A stretch of 63,914 nt of DNA, filler included, from Candidatus Hydrogenedentota bacterium (GTDB taxonomy: Bacteria; JBFMHD01), in NCBI GenBank assembly GCA_040752395.1. It is 17 parts of 17 records of this genome, joined end to end, with 100 filler letters (N's around TTAATTAATTAA, not from the genome) between each part and the next. Parts side by side here need not be neighbours in the genome. Positions count along the whole stretch, not along the records: positions 21,161 to 23,987 come from JBFMHD010000289.1; positions 24,088 to 41,573 come from JBFMHD010000029.1; 15 more parts are not named here. The stretch is one strand, 5' to 3'. The number at the start of each line of letters is the position of its first letter. Position 1 is the stretch's first letter. The notes beneath the pieces were generated by a model, which saw only the letters and a program-made list of their open reading frames with translations, did not search any database and was not told where the DNA came from. The translations under genes were made by a program, and so were the position numbers. Below, piece by piece: positions 21,339 through 31,364 of the stretch.

Positions 21339-22847
21339 ATGAGGATATCAGCTCTTAAAAAGATGGGTTTTCTTTTAAGTCTGGTTTTAATAGGTTTTTT
21401 TATAGGGATTATGATCTCGACTGAATTTAATTTATTACCCTGGTTAAAGGGTGAGAGATACTATTATGAAGCAGATAAAAGTTCAAATAATTATAAAGAG
21501 TATTCAAAGGCTTTTATAGAAGCAGCAAATAAAGTAAAATCAAGCGTTGTGAATATTTATACTGAAAAGATAATAAAATCAAGAATTATAGAAGACCCGT
21601 TTTTTGATTTATTTAATGATGAATTTTTTAAAAGATTTTTTGATATACCAGAGTATAGTCACAAACCACAAGAGAGAGAATTTAAGGTAACCTATCTTGG
21701 TAGCGGGTTTATTGTTAATCCTGAAGGTTATATTTTGACAAACAGCCATGTTGTTAAAGATGCAGATAATATTAAAGTCAAACTAATCAACGGAAAAATT
21801 TATGAAGCAAAATTAGTTGGGCTCGATGAGAAGTCAGATATAGCTGTATTAAAGATAGAAAACAATGGTGATCTATCCTGGGCGAAATTAGGTGATTCTG
21901 ACAGAATTGAGGTGGGTGAGTGGGTTGTGGCTGTGGGGAATCCATTTGGGTTATCTCATACTGTCACAGCCGGCATAGTGAGCGCCTTAGGTCGCTCCAG
22001 CATGCATATTATACCCGAGGGCTATGAAGATTTTATACAGACAGATGTAGCAATAAATACAGGTAATTCAGGCGGACCTTTAATAAATCTGAATGGTGAT
22101 GTAATAGGAATTAATACTGCCATATATTCGAGAACAGGGACTTATATGGGGATAGGTTTTGCTATCCCGATAAATATGGCTAAAAAAGTTATGATGGATT
22201 TGATTACAAAGGGTGAGGTTGAGAGAGGTTACCTTGGCGTATATATTCAGGATGTTACACCTGAGATAGCTCTGAAATTGGGACTTTCTGAAAATACCAG
22301 AGGTGTTCTTATCTCAGAGGTAATAAGTAACAGCCCCTCTTATAAAGCAGGATTAAAACAGGGTGATGTTATTCTCTCTTTTAATGGTAAAAAAGTTAGT
22401 GATGCCTCTCAACTAAGGAATATTGTTGCCAATACTTCTATAGGTGAGAGAGTCGAGATAGAGTTTATACGTGATGGGAAGAAAAAGAGCGTATATGTGA
22501 CCATTGAAAAGCAACCAAGTGATATTCAAACTTCAAAACTGATACCAAAAGGTAGGGCTGAGGATAAAAATTTAGGTATTAGTGTGAGCAACATTACTGA
22601 TGATTTGAGAAAAGAATATTCATTAGATCCGAGTGAAAAAGGTGTGGTGATTATAGAGATTGAGGCAGGGGGATATGCGGATAATTCGGGGTTAAAAGCA
22701 GGTGATATAATAATTGAGATAGACAGGAATGCGATAGATGATGTTAAAGATTTTGAAAGAGTTATGAAATCGCAATCGAGTTCCAGTACATTTTTATTTC
22801 TTATCAAACGTGGATCACATTATCTGTATTTAGTAGTTAAAAAATGA
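21339..22847 (+). CDS. degP: DegP/DegQ (HtrA) serine protease with two PDZ domains
   Basis: TNSHVV, DIAV, GNSGGPL catalytic triad; two PDZ domains. Confidence 0.9.
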   Translation: MRISALKKMGFLLSLVLIGFFIGIMISTEFNLLPWLKGERYYYEADKSSNNYKEYSKAFIEAANKVKSSVVNIYTEKIIKSRIIEDPFFDLFNDEFFKRFFDIPEYSHKPQEREFKVTYLGSGFIVNPEGYILTNSHVVKDADNIKVKLINGKIYEAKLVGLDEKSDIAVLKIENNGDLSWAKLGDSDRIEVGEWVVAVGNPFGLSHTVTAGIVSALGRSSMHIIPEGYEDFIQTDVAINTGNSGGPLINLNGDVIGINTAIYSRTGTYMGIGFAIPINMAKKVMMDLITKGEVERGYLGVYIQDVTPEIALKLGLSENTRGVLISEVISNSPSYKAGLKQGDVILSFNGKKVSDASQLRNIVANTSIGERVEIEFIRDGKKKSVYVTIEKQPSDIQTSKLIPKGRAEDKNLGISVSNITDDLRKEYSLDPSEKGVVIIEIEAGGYADNSGLKAGDIIIEIDRNAIDDVKDFERVMKSQSSSSTFLFLIKRGSHYLYLVVKK

Positions 22848-22928
22848 TGTATTCTTTCGGTCTTCGGTGGAGTTCTTAAGTTTGGTGTTAAATTTTCGGT
22901 TAGAGATTTTGGGTTTTAGGGTTACAAA

Positions 22929-23672
22929 ATGACGTATATAAAGTCAGAGGGATTTGTTTTACGCACCCAACCGTATAAAGAGGGTGATAGGCTGGTCACA
23001 CTTTATACGCTGGAGAATGGGCTGCTTCATTGCATCGCAAAAGGGTCACGAAAACTGAAAAGTAGAACCTGCTCCTTGCTTCAGCCCTATTATAAAAATT
23101 TCTTTGTACTCTATCGATCGCCAAATAGAGAATTATTTACAATAACGCAGGCCTCAGCTATTAATCCCCACAATGCCTTACGTGAAGATATAAAAAAATA
23201 TACTATAGTCTGTGCGATGACTGAGGTACTCGTCAATTATCTTGAAGCCGAGGAAAAAGATACCTTTCTGTATCATCTTCTGGAACATTGTATAACACGG
23301 CTTGAGGCAAATGATGAGCCTAAAACTTTGTTTCGGATATTTGAGTTCAGGTTTATAGCGCATTCCGGGTATATGTTTCAATTGCATTATTGTGTTTGCT
23401 GTAAGAGATACATCAAGAGGCCTGAACTCTTTTCAGTCAAACGGGGCGGCATAATATGTCAGAAATGTGTTAAAGAGAGAGAGATAATAAGGATAGGCCC
23501 AGGGACATTGAGTTTTCTTGAGAAAGTATTTAGAGAACCATTAAAAAATCTCGTAAGATTTAAATTAGGTGGAAGCACAGAAAGGATCATTGATAAAATA
23601 TCACAATTTACTCATAAATTTTATACAGGTAAAAAGATTAACTCCGTGGAATTCTTGACTTGTATAAAATAA
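22929..23672 (+). CDS. recO: DNA repair protein RecO
   Basis: EGFVLR...EGDRLVTLYT...AKGSRK; CVCC...CQKC zinc finger. Confidence 0.9.
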   Translation: MTYIKSEGFVLRTQPYKEGDRLVTLYTLENGLLHCIAKGSRKLKSRTCSLLQPYYKNFFVLYRSPNRELFTITQASAINPHNALREDIKKYTIVCAMTEVLVNYLEAEEKDTFLYHLLEHCITRLEANDEPKTLFRIFEFRFIAHSGYMFQLHYCVCCKRYIKRPELFSVKRGGIICQKCVKEREIIRIGPGTLSFLEKVFREPLKNLVRFKLGGSTERIIDKISQFTHKFYTGKKINSVEFLTCIK

Positions 23673-23743
23673 GAAAAAGATAGGAGTTAGGAGTTCGTAA
23701 TAATAGATCCGAGCTTCGAACTCCGAACTCCGAACTTTTTTCG

Positions 23744-23987
23744 AAGGAGTACTCATGAGCGCGTTTGCGCTCTACACTATTGGGTTCTTGGGTTCTTGTG
23801 TTATTGGGTTATTGCGTTATTGGGTTATTGGGTTATTGGGTTATTGCGCTCTACACAATATATGAAAAACTAAAGATGATATGAAAAGAGTCGTGAGTCG
23901 TGAGTCGCAAGTCGTGAGTCAAAACAGGACTCGAGACTCAAGACTCAAGACTTTTCAGCAGGCTTTGGGCTTTTGGCTCCAGCCGGC
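23744..23987 (+). repeat. Leader element copy 7 (5' part, cut by the gap)
   Basis: AGGAG-ATGAGCGCGTTTGCGCTCTACAC, 8-nt TTATTGGG array, then the heptamer hairpins. Confidence 0.95.
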
Positions 23988-24087
23988 NNNNNNNNNNNNN
24001 NNNNNNNNNNNNNNNNNNNNNNNNNNNNNNNTTAATTAATTAANNNNNNNNNNNNNNNNNNNNNNNNNNNNNNNNNNNNNNNNNNNN

Positions 24088-24265
24088 AACAGGACTCAAG
24101 ACTCAAGACTCAAGACTTTTCAGCAGGCTCTGGGCTTTTGGCTCCAGCCGGCTGTAGTCCGTAGCCTGTAGCCCGTCCTGACACCTCTCACTTCTTCCGT
24201 TATCTTGCTTCTTGCTTCTTGCTTCTACTTGATATTATTATAGTTACAATGTTTTTCAAAGGAGG
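24088..24265 (+). repeat. Leader element copy 8 (upstream of the macrodomain gene)
   Basis: Ends TTTTTCAAAGGAGG; ATG at 24276. Confidence 0.95.
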
Positions 24266-24275
24266 TATCTACTCG

Positions 24276-24812
24276 ATGAAGAAAACGATATCAGGTATTA
24301 CGATTGAGTGTATTAAAGGGAATATAGCTTCTCAGACAGATATTACTGCGATTGTAAATGCAGCAAATGCCAGGCTCAGGATGGGTGGCGGAGTAGCTGG
24401 TGCAATCCACCAAGCTGCTGGTCCCGGGCTTGAAGAGGAATGTCGGCCTTTAGCACCTATTAAACCCGGGGAGGCTGTTATTACTGGTGGACATAAACTT
24501 CCAAATCGATTTGTCATTCACTGTTTAGGACCTGTTTACGGTGTAGATAAACCAGAAGATAAAATTTTAGAAAATTGCTATCAGAACTCGATAAAACTCG
24601 CTGAACAATACAAAATAGATTCAATCGCCTTTCCTGCCATTTCTACAGGTGCATTTGGTTACCCTGTTGAAAAAGCAGCAGAGGTTGCATTTAGAGCAAT
24701 TATAGAGATTGTGCCCAATCTTCAATATGTCAAAAAGATTCGATTTGTGCTTTACGGTGACAAAGATTTAGAGATCCATGAAAAAACATTGTCTCATCTT
24801 TCAAGGATATAG
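24276..24812 (+). CDS. Macro domain protein (YmdB-like)
   Basis: IVNAAN, GGGVAGAIH, AFPAISTGAFGYP. Confidence 0.93.
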   Translation: MKKTISGITIECIKGNIASQTDITAIVNAANARLRMGGGVAGAIHQAAGPGLEEECRPLAPIKPGEAVITGGHKLPNRFVIHCLGPVYGVDKPEDKILENCYQNSIKLAEQYKIDSIAFPAISTGAFGYPVEKAAEVAFRAIIEIVPNLQYVKKIRFVLYGDKDLEIHEKTLSHLSRI

Positions 24813-24869
24813 TACAAAATGCAACTACACTTAACACAAATTTTCTAATCAATCATTAGAAGCATAATG

Positions 24870-25178
24870 TTAATTCACTTTTTGGCGTTTATACAGGTTG
24901 ACAGTGATGCGTAACAAAAATTTTTGCTGTTCTTCCAGCTTATTTACAAGCCCTAATAACAGATGCAGGTCTTTTTTAACGGAATCAAAATCAGTATTAA
25001 CTGTTGAGATACGTTTAATTTCTCTTTCTGTCTCAAGCATCAGCTTTTTCTTTTCAGTGTAATACCATATAAGAAGGCTGCTGAAAAAAAATGATAAAAA
25101 TAGCGCTGTATATCCTGAGATATTTATATCTATAGATTTTAAAAAAGAAACAGCCCATAAATATAGATTGTTAATCAT
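24870..25178 (-). CDS. Hypothetical TM/coiled-coil protein
   Basis: 102-aa ORF with one TM followed by a coiled coil. Confidence 0.5.
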   Translation of the reverse strand: MINNLYLWAVSFLKSIDINISGYTALFLSFFFSSLLIWYYTEKKKLMLETEREIKRISTVNTDFDSVKKDLHLLLGLVNKLEEQQKFLLRITVNLYKRQKVN

Positions 25179-25400
25179 AATTAAATCTCTTTAATTATTG
25201 TAGAGGAAAAACGTTGTTAAATCAATAGTATTTATGGGCTAACCATATAGGATAAAAGACCTATCCCGCACCTTCGAACACCAAACACATAACTTAAGAA
25301 TTTCAACAAAGACCGGGAAGAAACAAGAGAAAAATAATATTTCTTGAATATAATTAGAAAAATTGATTAGCTTGTATAAAATTTTTATCTTAGAAAGAGT

Positions 25401-26711
25401 ATGACTGAGCAAGAATATTATTATGCGGTTTATCCAAAAATAAAAAATTGCTTTACGTATGCATATTACGTTTTAGGTGCTGGAGCTGAACTGATTAGAT
25501 TGGGATGGAATCCGAATGGTTTACTTGTAACTGTTGAGCCTAAAGAGAATCTGTATAGATTGATATCTGAGCACGGTCTGCAGGTTTTTATTCCTGTTAT
25601 AGGGATTAACTCAGATACAGTACTCGCACCATTTGATTTTGAGATTTCGCTTACTTCAGAAAATTATAAATTATATGAAGATAAAGAGTATCAGAAACAT
25701 TTTTATAAAAAAATATTTGTTTTAATAAAGTATCTTGAAAAAATGTTCAATGAGAGAGGGATACATTATTTACTTGATTTGACACCATCAGGTGGACATA
25801 TTCTTTTCCATGTTAAACGAGGAACAAAAGTTTTTAATGAATTAAAAGAAATAGGCTTTTTAGAAGAGGACTTAAAAAAAGCGTATGCTCATAAAAGCGA
25901 TATTGATTATCAGAGAAAATACGGGGTTAGTGAGGATGCAGGATTTGTATTTTCCGGCTTGGGTAGATTATCTGAATATATAGGATTAAAGGCCAAAAAA
26001 GAATTAAAAGAGTACGATGGTTATCCTATAACGATCTGTGATTCTCTTGATAAATCCATTAATTATGATAATTCCTGGGCAGGTGATTCTGCTTATAAAA
26101 GAATAATGAGATCACCATTCAGTTTGCATAAGAAAAATACGCAGAAATACGGTAAATACTGGCAGAATTCGCTGGTTGATATATTACAGACAGTAAGAAG
26201 TGAGAATGAGAATATTACCATTGATAATATGGAGTATCTTATAGATTGTATGTGGGATTTAAATTTAGCTTCTATTCACTCAGAACAATTTAGCGGTAAT
26301 ATACCAGTCGCTAATGACAGTCTCTGCTCATTAATAGATGATTATAAAAAATCGGAATTATATGAGTTTCATAAAGAATTTGATTCTTCTTTATCTTTTT
26401 CTAAAGGAGAAATATTAAAAAAGGCTTTAACAGATAACAGGCTGAATAATGATACAAAAAATATATTACACTACCCTGACCCTGCATTATTACAGCCGAT
26501 GTGGTTAAAATCTCTTATTCACGATTTAGTTATAGAAAATGGTTATTCTCCCAGAGAAGCAGCCTGTCTTATTCGCGATTTTTATCAAAACAACCAGTAT
26601 CACTGGGCTGGAACAGACTGGTTAAAATATCCTTCAGAAACACGGGCGAACTTCTGGGCACGTACCTATACCGCTGTTCTATTATTAGAAAATGGTAAGA
26701 TAAGAGTTTAA
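25401..26711 (+). CDS. Hypothetical protein with archaeo-eukaryotic primase-like motifs
   Basis: FDFE, TPSGGHI, NYDN and RIMRSPFSLH in AEP motif order. Confidence 0.55.
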   Translation: MTEQEYYYAVYPKIKNCFTYAYYVLGAGAELIRLGWNPNGLLVTVEPKENLYRLISEHGLQVFIPVIGINSDTVLAPFDFEISLTSENYKLYEDKEYQKHFYKKIFVLIKYLEKMFNERGIHYLLDLTPSGGHILFHVKRGTKVFNELKEIGFLEEDLKKAYAHKSDIDYQRKYGVSEDAGFVFSGLGRLSEYIGLKAKKELKEYDGYPITICDSLDKSINYDNSWAGDSAYKRIMRSPFSLHKKNTQKYGKYWQNSLVDILQTVRSENENITIDNMEYLIDCMWDLNLASIHSEQFSGNIPVANDSLCSLIDDYKKSELYEFHKEFDSSLSFSKGEILKKALTDNRLNNDTKNILHYPDPALLQPMWLKSLIHDLVIENGYSPREAACLIRDFYQNNQYHWAGTDWLKYPSETRANFWARTYTAVLLLENGKIRV

Positions 26712-26765
26712 ATTTACTCCATAATAAGATACAAATATTAAATGAAGGAAAAGACGAGGAATTTT

Positions 26766-26830
26766 ATTGAAAAATTATCTTGCTGAAACTTTCGGGTGGC
26801 TGTATACTTTGTTCTGAATTAAGCATTGAA
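26766..26830 (+). promoter_or_regulatory. Repeated promoter cassette, copy 2 (upstream of the sulfatase gene)
   Basis: TTGCTG-17nt-TATACT; near-identical to 2896-2960. Confidence 0.6.
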
Positions 26831-26845
26831 GTAACTTGAGGAATT

Positions 26846-27982
26846 ATGTCGATTTTTGAGTTGTTTAAAAGCAGTAAAAAGAAAAATCTTATATTTATTG
26901 TAATTGATAATTTTAGAAATGATTGGTTATCAAAGTATCAAATTTTCAGTAAATTAGAAGAGATGGGAACATTTTTTAATGAGATGATTACTTATGCCCC
27001 CTATACAATAGCTTCTATGCATGCCTATCTGAGCGGTATATATGGTAATCATAATGGGGTTGATGGTTATTACAAATTAGAAAAGTTTGACAAAGAGAAC
27101 ATATATACGCTTGCACAGTACCTAAAGGATAATGGTTATACAACAGTAGCTGATTCCTTTAATAAGGTAGTGTTCCCTTGTTATGGGTTTGACGAACTTA
27201 TGTTTTACGACGAAACAACAGAGAATTTTCTTGTTAGACACCCTCAAATTCTAAATGGGCTTGTAAAAAAAGGTAAGCCCTTCTTTGCATATCTTCATTA
27301 TCCAACAATTCATAGAGACATAGTTAAGTATGTTATAAAATGTTTTGATGATTTTGATGAAAGATATTTTTATAAGTTCGGAGAAAATGCAAAAAGATAT
27401 GATAGTTTTACCGCCCAGGCTGTTGAGTATCTTGAAAAAATGGTTTCATACATTAATGAGACTGAACTTTTTAATAATTCGCTTGTTATAGTAATGACTG
27501 ACCATGGTTGTAGTATAGGTGAGCGTCCAGGCGAGAAAGTGTATGGTATCTTCACTTATGAATACTCGATAAAAGTCTGGGCTTATTTTATTGCACCCTG
27601 GCTTGTAAAAAAGAATAACAGAATAACAAGCGTTGTACGTACAGTCGATGTTATGCCCACGATTCTTGATATTTTAAAAATAAAATCAAAGAAAAAATAT
27701 ATGAAATGGGATGGCTCGTCGCTTATGCCAGCTTTATTGGGTAATGATATTCCAGACCGCATTGCTTTCTGCGAAACAGGCGGTGTCGATGGCCCGCATC
27801 CATCGCCTTTTGAAGCTAATGTAAAATGTATAAGAACAAAAGAGTGGAAATTGATTTATAATTTAACAACCAAAAAGAAAGAATTATATAATATTATTAA
27901 AGACCCGGCAGAAAAGAACAATCTTATAGGAATTGAACTTGAAAAAGAAAAAGAGCTATGGGAAAAACTGGTTAAGATTTAA
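26846..27982 (+). CDS. Sulfatase-like hydrolase
   Basis: NLIFIVIDNFR, YTIASM..YLSG, TDHG, RTVDVMPTILD. Confidence 0.85.
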   Translation: MSIFELFKSSKKKNLIFIVIDNFRNDWLSKYQIFSKLEEMGTFFNEMITYAPYTIASMHAYLSGIYGNHNGVDGYYKLEKFDKENIYTLAQYLKDNGYTTVADSFNKVVFPCYGFDELMFYDETTENFLVRHPQILNGLVKKGKPFFAYLHYPTIHRDIVKYVIKCFDDFDERYFYKFGENAKRYDSFTAQAVEYLEKMVSYINETELFNNSLVIVMTDHGCSIGERPGEKVYGIFTYEYSIKVWAYFIAPWLVKKNNRITSVVRTVDVMPTILDILKIKSKKKYMKWDGSSLMPALLGNDIPDRIAFCETGGVDGPHPSPFEANVKCIRTKEWKLIYNLTTKKKELYNIIKDPAEKNNLIGIELEKEKELWEKLVKI

Positions 27983-28112
27983 TTATGAAAAATCAAATAC
28001 ACTATGATTTTGGGTCATCTTAGTGTTACTTTAACCAGAGTTATTAGAGATTATGTTGTTGACTACTATAAATGGAGGAGCGGTTTTTATTATTGATGGT
28101 AAGGAATAAAAA

Positions 28113-28859
28113 ATGAGTAAAAAGATTGATTATAATGGTTCTTTCTGGAAATTGAGGTCTCACCATTACAATGAGCTTGAATGGGTAAATCATCGTCTCT
28201 ATTTAGACGCTTTTATTGAAGCTGGAAATTTTAAAAGAAGTGATATTGTATTAGATGTAGGTACTGGTACAGGAATTATTGCTCGTGCAATTGCTCCTTT
28301 TGTAAAACAGGTTATCGGACTGGATAAATCTCAGGACATGCTGGAACATTGTAACTGGCAGGGGAATATGTATTTTATCAAGAGAAATATTTTGGATCCT
28401 ATATTTACGGATGAAGTTTTTGATAAGATAACCTGCAGGCAGGTATTTCATCATATATTAAAACACAGACAGAAGGCTATGGATATATGTTATAGAATGT
28501 TGAAAAAAGGGGGAATGATGATATTTTCCGATGGCGTCCCCCCAACAAAAAGAGTAAAAAAAGACTATATAGAGATTTTTCGTCTAAAAGAAAAGAGAGT
28601 CACATTTTATGAAGAAGATTTAGTTGATTTGATAAGAAAAAGCGGATTTAAAAATATTAATCTTAAAATTATTTATCTAAAAAAGATGAGCGTAAGGAAT
28701 TGGCTTATTAATAGCGGACTTCCTGAAATTATTCAAAAGAAAATATATCTGCTTCATAAAAATGCAGCTGATTATTTTAAAAATGACTATAATATGGTTG
28801 AGATAAAGAATGATTGTCTGATAGATATGAAAATGGCGATACTTACTGGTATAAAGTAA
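28113..28859 (+). CDS. Class I SAM-dependent methyltransferase
   Basis: VLDVGTGTG motif I. Confidence 0.88.
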   Translation: MSKKIDYNGSFWKLRSHHYNELEWVNHRLYLDAFIEAGNFKRSDIVLDVGTGTGIIARAIAPFVKQVIGLDKSQDMLEHCNWQGNMYFIKRNILDPIFTDEVFDKITCRQVFHHILKHRQKAMDICYRMLKKGGMMIFSDGVPPTKRVKKDYIEIFRLKEKRVTFYEEDLVDLIRKSGFKNINLKIIYLKKMSVRNWLINSGLPEIIQKKIYLLHKNAADYFKNDYNMVEIKNDCLIDMKMAILTGIK

Positions 28860-28991
28860 AGAAGACCAGACTTTTACCCTCACACCTATAGATAGCTGTG
28901 TGAGATTTATTTATACTTTTTATCTTTTAATCATCTCATTTCTTGATAATTAAGATACAAATATTAAATGAAGAAAAACGCGAGGGATTTT

Positions 28992-30065
28992 ATGGTTGAG
29001 TATAAAACAGAGTGTATTCATTTTACAGGCGAGAAACCTTGCGTCTATGATATACATTGTAAAGAATGTTTAAAATTCAGTCCACGTGGCAAAAAAATAT
29101 TAGTGATCGCTACCCACACTCTTAAAGAATTAATGCCAGTAACCTCAATTTTCGAAGGACTCACAGCACAGTACGATAAATCTTATATCACACTACTTAT
29201 AGATAATGAAAATTTATGGGTTTTTGAAGAAAATAAAATGATTAATGAGATTATAATTTATGAACCAGTAAATATATTCTTTCTTCTGACAAGAAAATTC
29301 GATATACTTATTAACCTCGATACCACCTATAAAGGAACTTCTTTAACTTCCCTAATTAATGCTGAAGAAAAATTAGGGATTGGAATATCTAAGGAAGGTA
29401 ATATCATTCCTTTGAATGAGAGAGCCGATCCCTGGTTTCAAACAAAGATAATAAGTTCTAAACGTAGAGAAAATGTTAAAAGTATTCCAAATCTTTTATA
29501 TGATTCTATCAGATTATCATATAGAAATCAGGAGTATTATTTACCATTTGATGAATCTTTTCGAAAACAGGGAATCGAATATTTAAAATCAAAAGGGATA
29601 TTCTTAAAAAAACCTGCGGTATGTTTAAGCGCTTTAGGCTCAACCGGTGAATTACCTTTAATGCTACTCCCTCAACACATAGATATTCTATTCGACCTAC
29701 TTACGAAAGAGGGCTTGTTTACTATTGTTTTATGCGAGCAAAAAAGGGTTGATGATAGAAATTATATTTTAAGCTCTTCAGTTGATAATAAAACCAGGGC
29801 AGCTATTATAAGCTGTTTTGATATTATGGTAAGCGGTGATACACTGGATTTACACCTGGCTATAGCTTTAAAACTGAAAACCATAGGGATTTTTGGACCA
29901 ACTTTACATCAGGAGGTATCATTATTTGGTAGAGGAACAAAAGTAGTATCAGATAAAACCTGCGCCCCCTGTCTAAAAGATAAATGTATTTATCCAGAAG
30001 ACAATTGTATGAAAAAGATTAATGTCAATGGTTTAATAAAAGTTGTTCAAAAGTTGATTGGTTGA
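28992..30065 (+). CDS. Glycosyltransferase family 9 (heptosyltransferase-like)
   Basis: CIHFTGEKPC N-terminus; SGDTLDLHLAIAL...IFGPT; C-terminal Cys cluster. Confidence 0.8.
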   Translation: MVEYKTECIHFTGEKPCVYDIHCKECLKFSPRGKKILVIATHTLKELMPVTSIFEGLTAQYDKSYITLLIDNENLWVFEENKMINEIIIYEPVNIFFLLTRKFDILINLDTTYKGTSLTSLINAEEKLGIGISKEGNIIPLNERADPWFQTKIISSKRRENVKSIPNLLYDSIRLSYRNQEYYLPFDESFRKQGIEYLKSKGIFLKKPAVCLSALGSTGELPLMLLPQHIDILFDLLTKEGLFTIVLCEQKRVDDRNYILSSSVDNKTRAAIISCFDIMVSGDTLDLHLAIALKLKTIGIFGPTLHQEVSLFGRGTKVVSDKTCAPCLKDKCIYPEDNCMKKINVNGLIKVVQKLIG

Positions 30066-30075
30066 AGGTGCTTAA

Positions 30076-30816
30076 ATGACCCCACTTGAACACGGACTTA
30101 TTGGTATTTCGTTAGCCAGTGTTACTGAAAATTTATTTGATACAAAAAAACTGGGTGTTTCAAAGAAATCGATCTACTGGTATTTTGTTTTATCAAGTAT
30201 GGCTCCTGACATAGACTCGATTTCAGCTTTGAAACAAGGTTATTATAATAACTTAATAAATAATATCTTCTTATCTCACAGAGGTATAACCCACTCTATT
30301 TTTGGTGTAATAATATTATCACTTTTGTTTATAATGTTTAAATACCTCAAAGATAAAAAATCAATAAAAACCATCTTTAGCATAACTTTTATTTGTGGTA
30401 TAATACATCTACTTTGTGATTTGCCGAACCCATCTCATTTCTGGAATGGTATACCTGTTTTTTTCCCTATGAGAGTCAATGGAGAGTGGTACCGTATTGG
30501 TGGCTGGAATAAAATTGGGTGGTATGATTACTTTATAATGTATATACTATTCGGAGTTGTTTTTATTGATTTATTTTTTAAAAGATTTTTATTAAAAGAT
30601 AATACCAGAAGAATTCTAATTTTGTCTTTGCACTTTTTATCTTATGTAGTAATTATTATTCATATAATTAACTCGAGGTACAATGCTGAGGCTGATTTTT
30701 ATACTGCCGAAGAGACCTGGCTCGCTTATCAATACGACATTTTACCCGACTTCCTGGTAGATTTTGCTGAGTCTATTAAATATCAGATAATAAAATTAAT
30801 CCTTTTTTTAAGATGA
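30076..30816 (+). CDS. Membrane-bound metal-dependent hydrolase (YdjM/DUF457-like)
   Basis: EHG, PDID, HRGITHS, HLLCD. Confidence 0.85.
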   Translation: MTPLEHGLIGISLASVTENLFDTKKLGVSKKSIYWYFVLSSMAPDIDSISALKQGYYNNLINNIFLSHRGITHSIFGVIILSLLFIMFKYLKDKKSIKTIFSITFICGIIHLLCDLPNPSHFWNGIPVFFPMRVNGEWYRIGGWNKIGWYDYFIMYILFGVVFIDLFFKRFLLKDNTRRILILSLHFLSYVVIIIHIINSRYNAEADFYTAEETWLAYQYDILPDFLVDFAESIKYQIIKLILFLR

Positions 30817-31364
30817 AAGATAAAATTAAAAAGATTATATTAATACTCTGCATGGGACCGTTATTCGGAACGATTATTCATGAAGCAGGTCATCTTTTAA
30901 TGATAATGTTTACTGATGCAAATATAGGATCGATCACGATATCTGGTAAATTGCAGATTTATCCCGAGGTTACTATTAAAGAGAATATGAAAGCAGGTTT
31001 TGAAATATATGTTTATTTCCCTGACACAATAACTAAAGGATTGGTTCAGGTTTCAGGTGCTTTTGCGACCTTATTAGTATCTATAATTGGTTTTATTTTA
31101 TATCTAAAAAAAAGAAGATTTATATATTTGATCTTCATATTCTATGTTTTAGATATCTTGACTTATATAACTCTGCCGTTAATTGGGTTGAGACGATGGC
31201 TATTATTCGGTCCCAAATTTTCAGAGGTTATCCAGGGGTTCTACCTGCTTTCCATAAACCCATTCTATTTATATTTATTTCTTGTGATATATTTAATTAT
31301 ATCGGGAATATTTATATACAGGCTTAACATAAACAAAGATTCTAAGAAATATAATTCACTTTGA
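30813..31364 (+). CDS. Membrane protein with HExxH motif (M50-like)
   Basis: IIHEAGH within a hydrophobic segment. Confidence 0.6.
   Translation: MKDKIKKIILILCMGPLFGTIIHEAGHLLMIMFTDANIGSITISGKLQIYPEVTIKENMKAGFEIYVYFPDTITKGLVQVSGAFATLLVSIIGFILYLKKRRFIYLIFIFYVLDILTYITLPLIGLRRWLLFGPKFSEVIQGFYLLSINPFYLYLFLVIYLIISGIFIYRLNINKDSKKYNSL

Noticed and set aside
23900-24150. Joining neighbouring contigs through overlapping repeat sequence
   Set aside because: The repeat is multicopy, so the overlap does not show adjacency.
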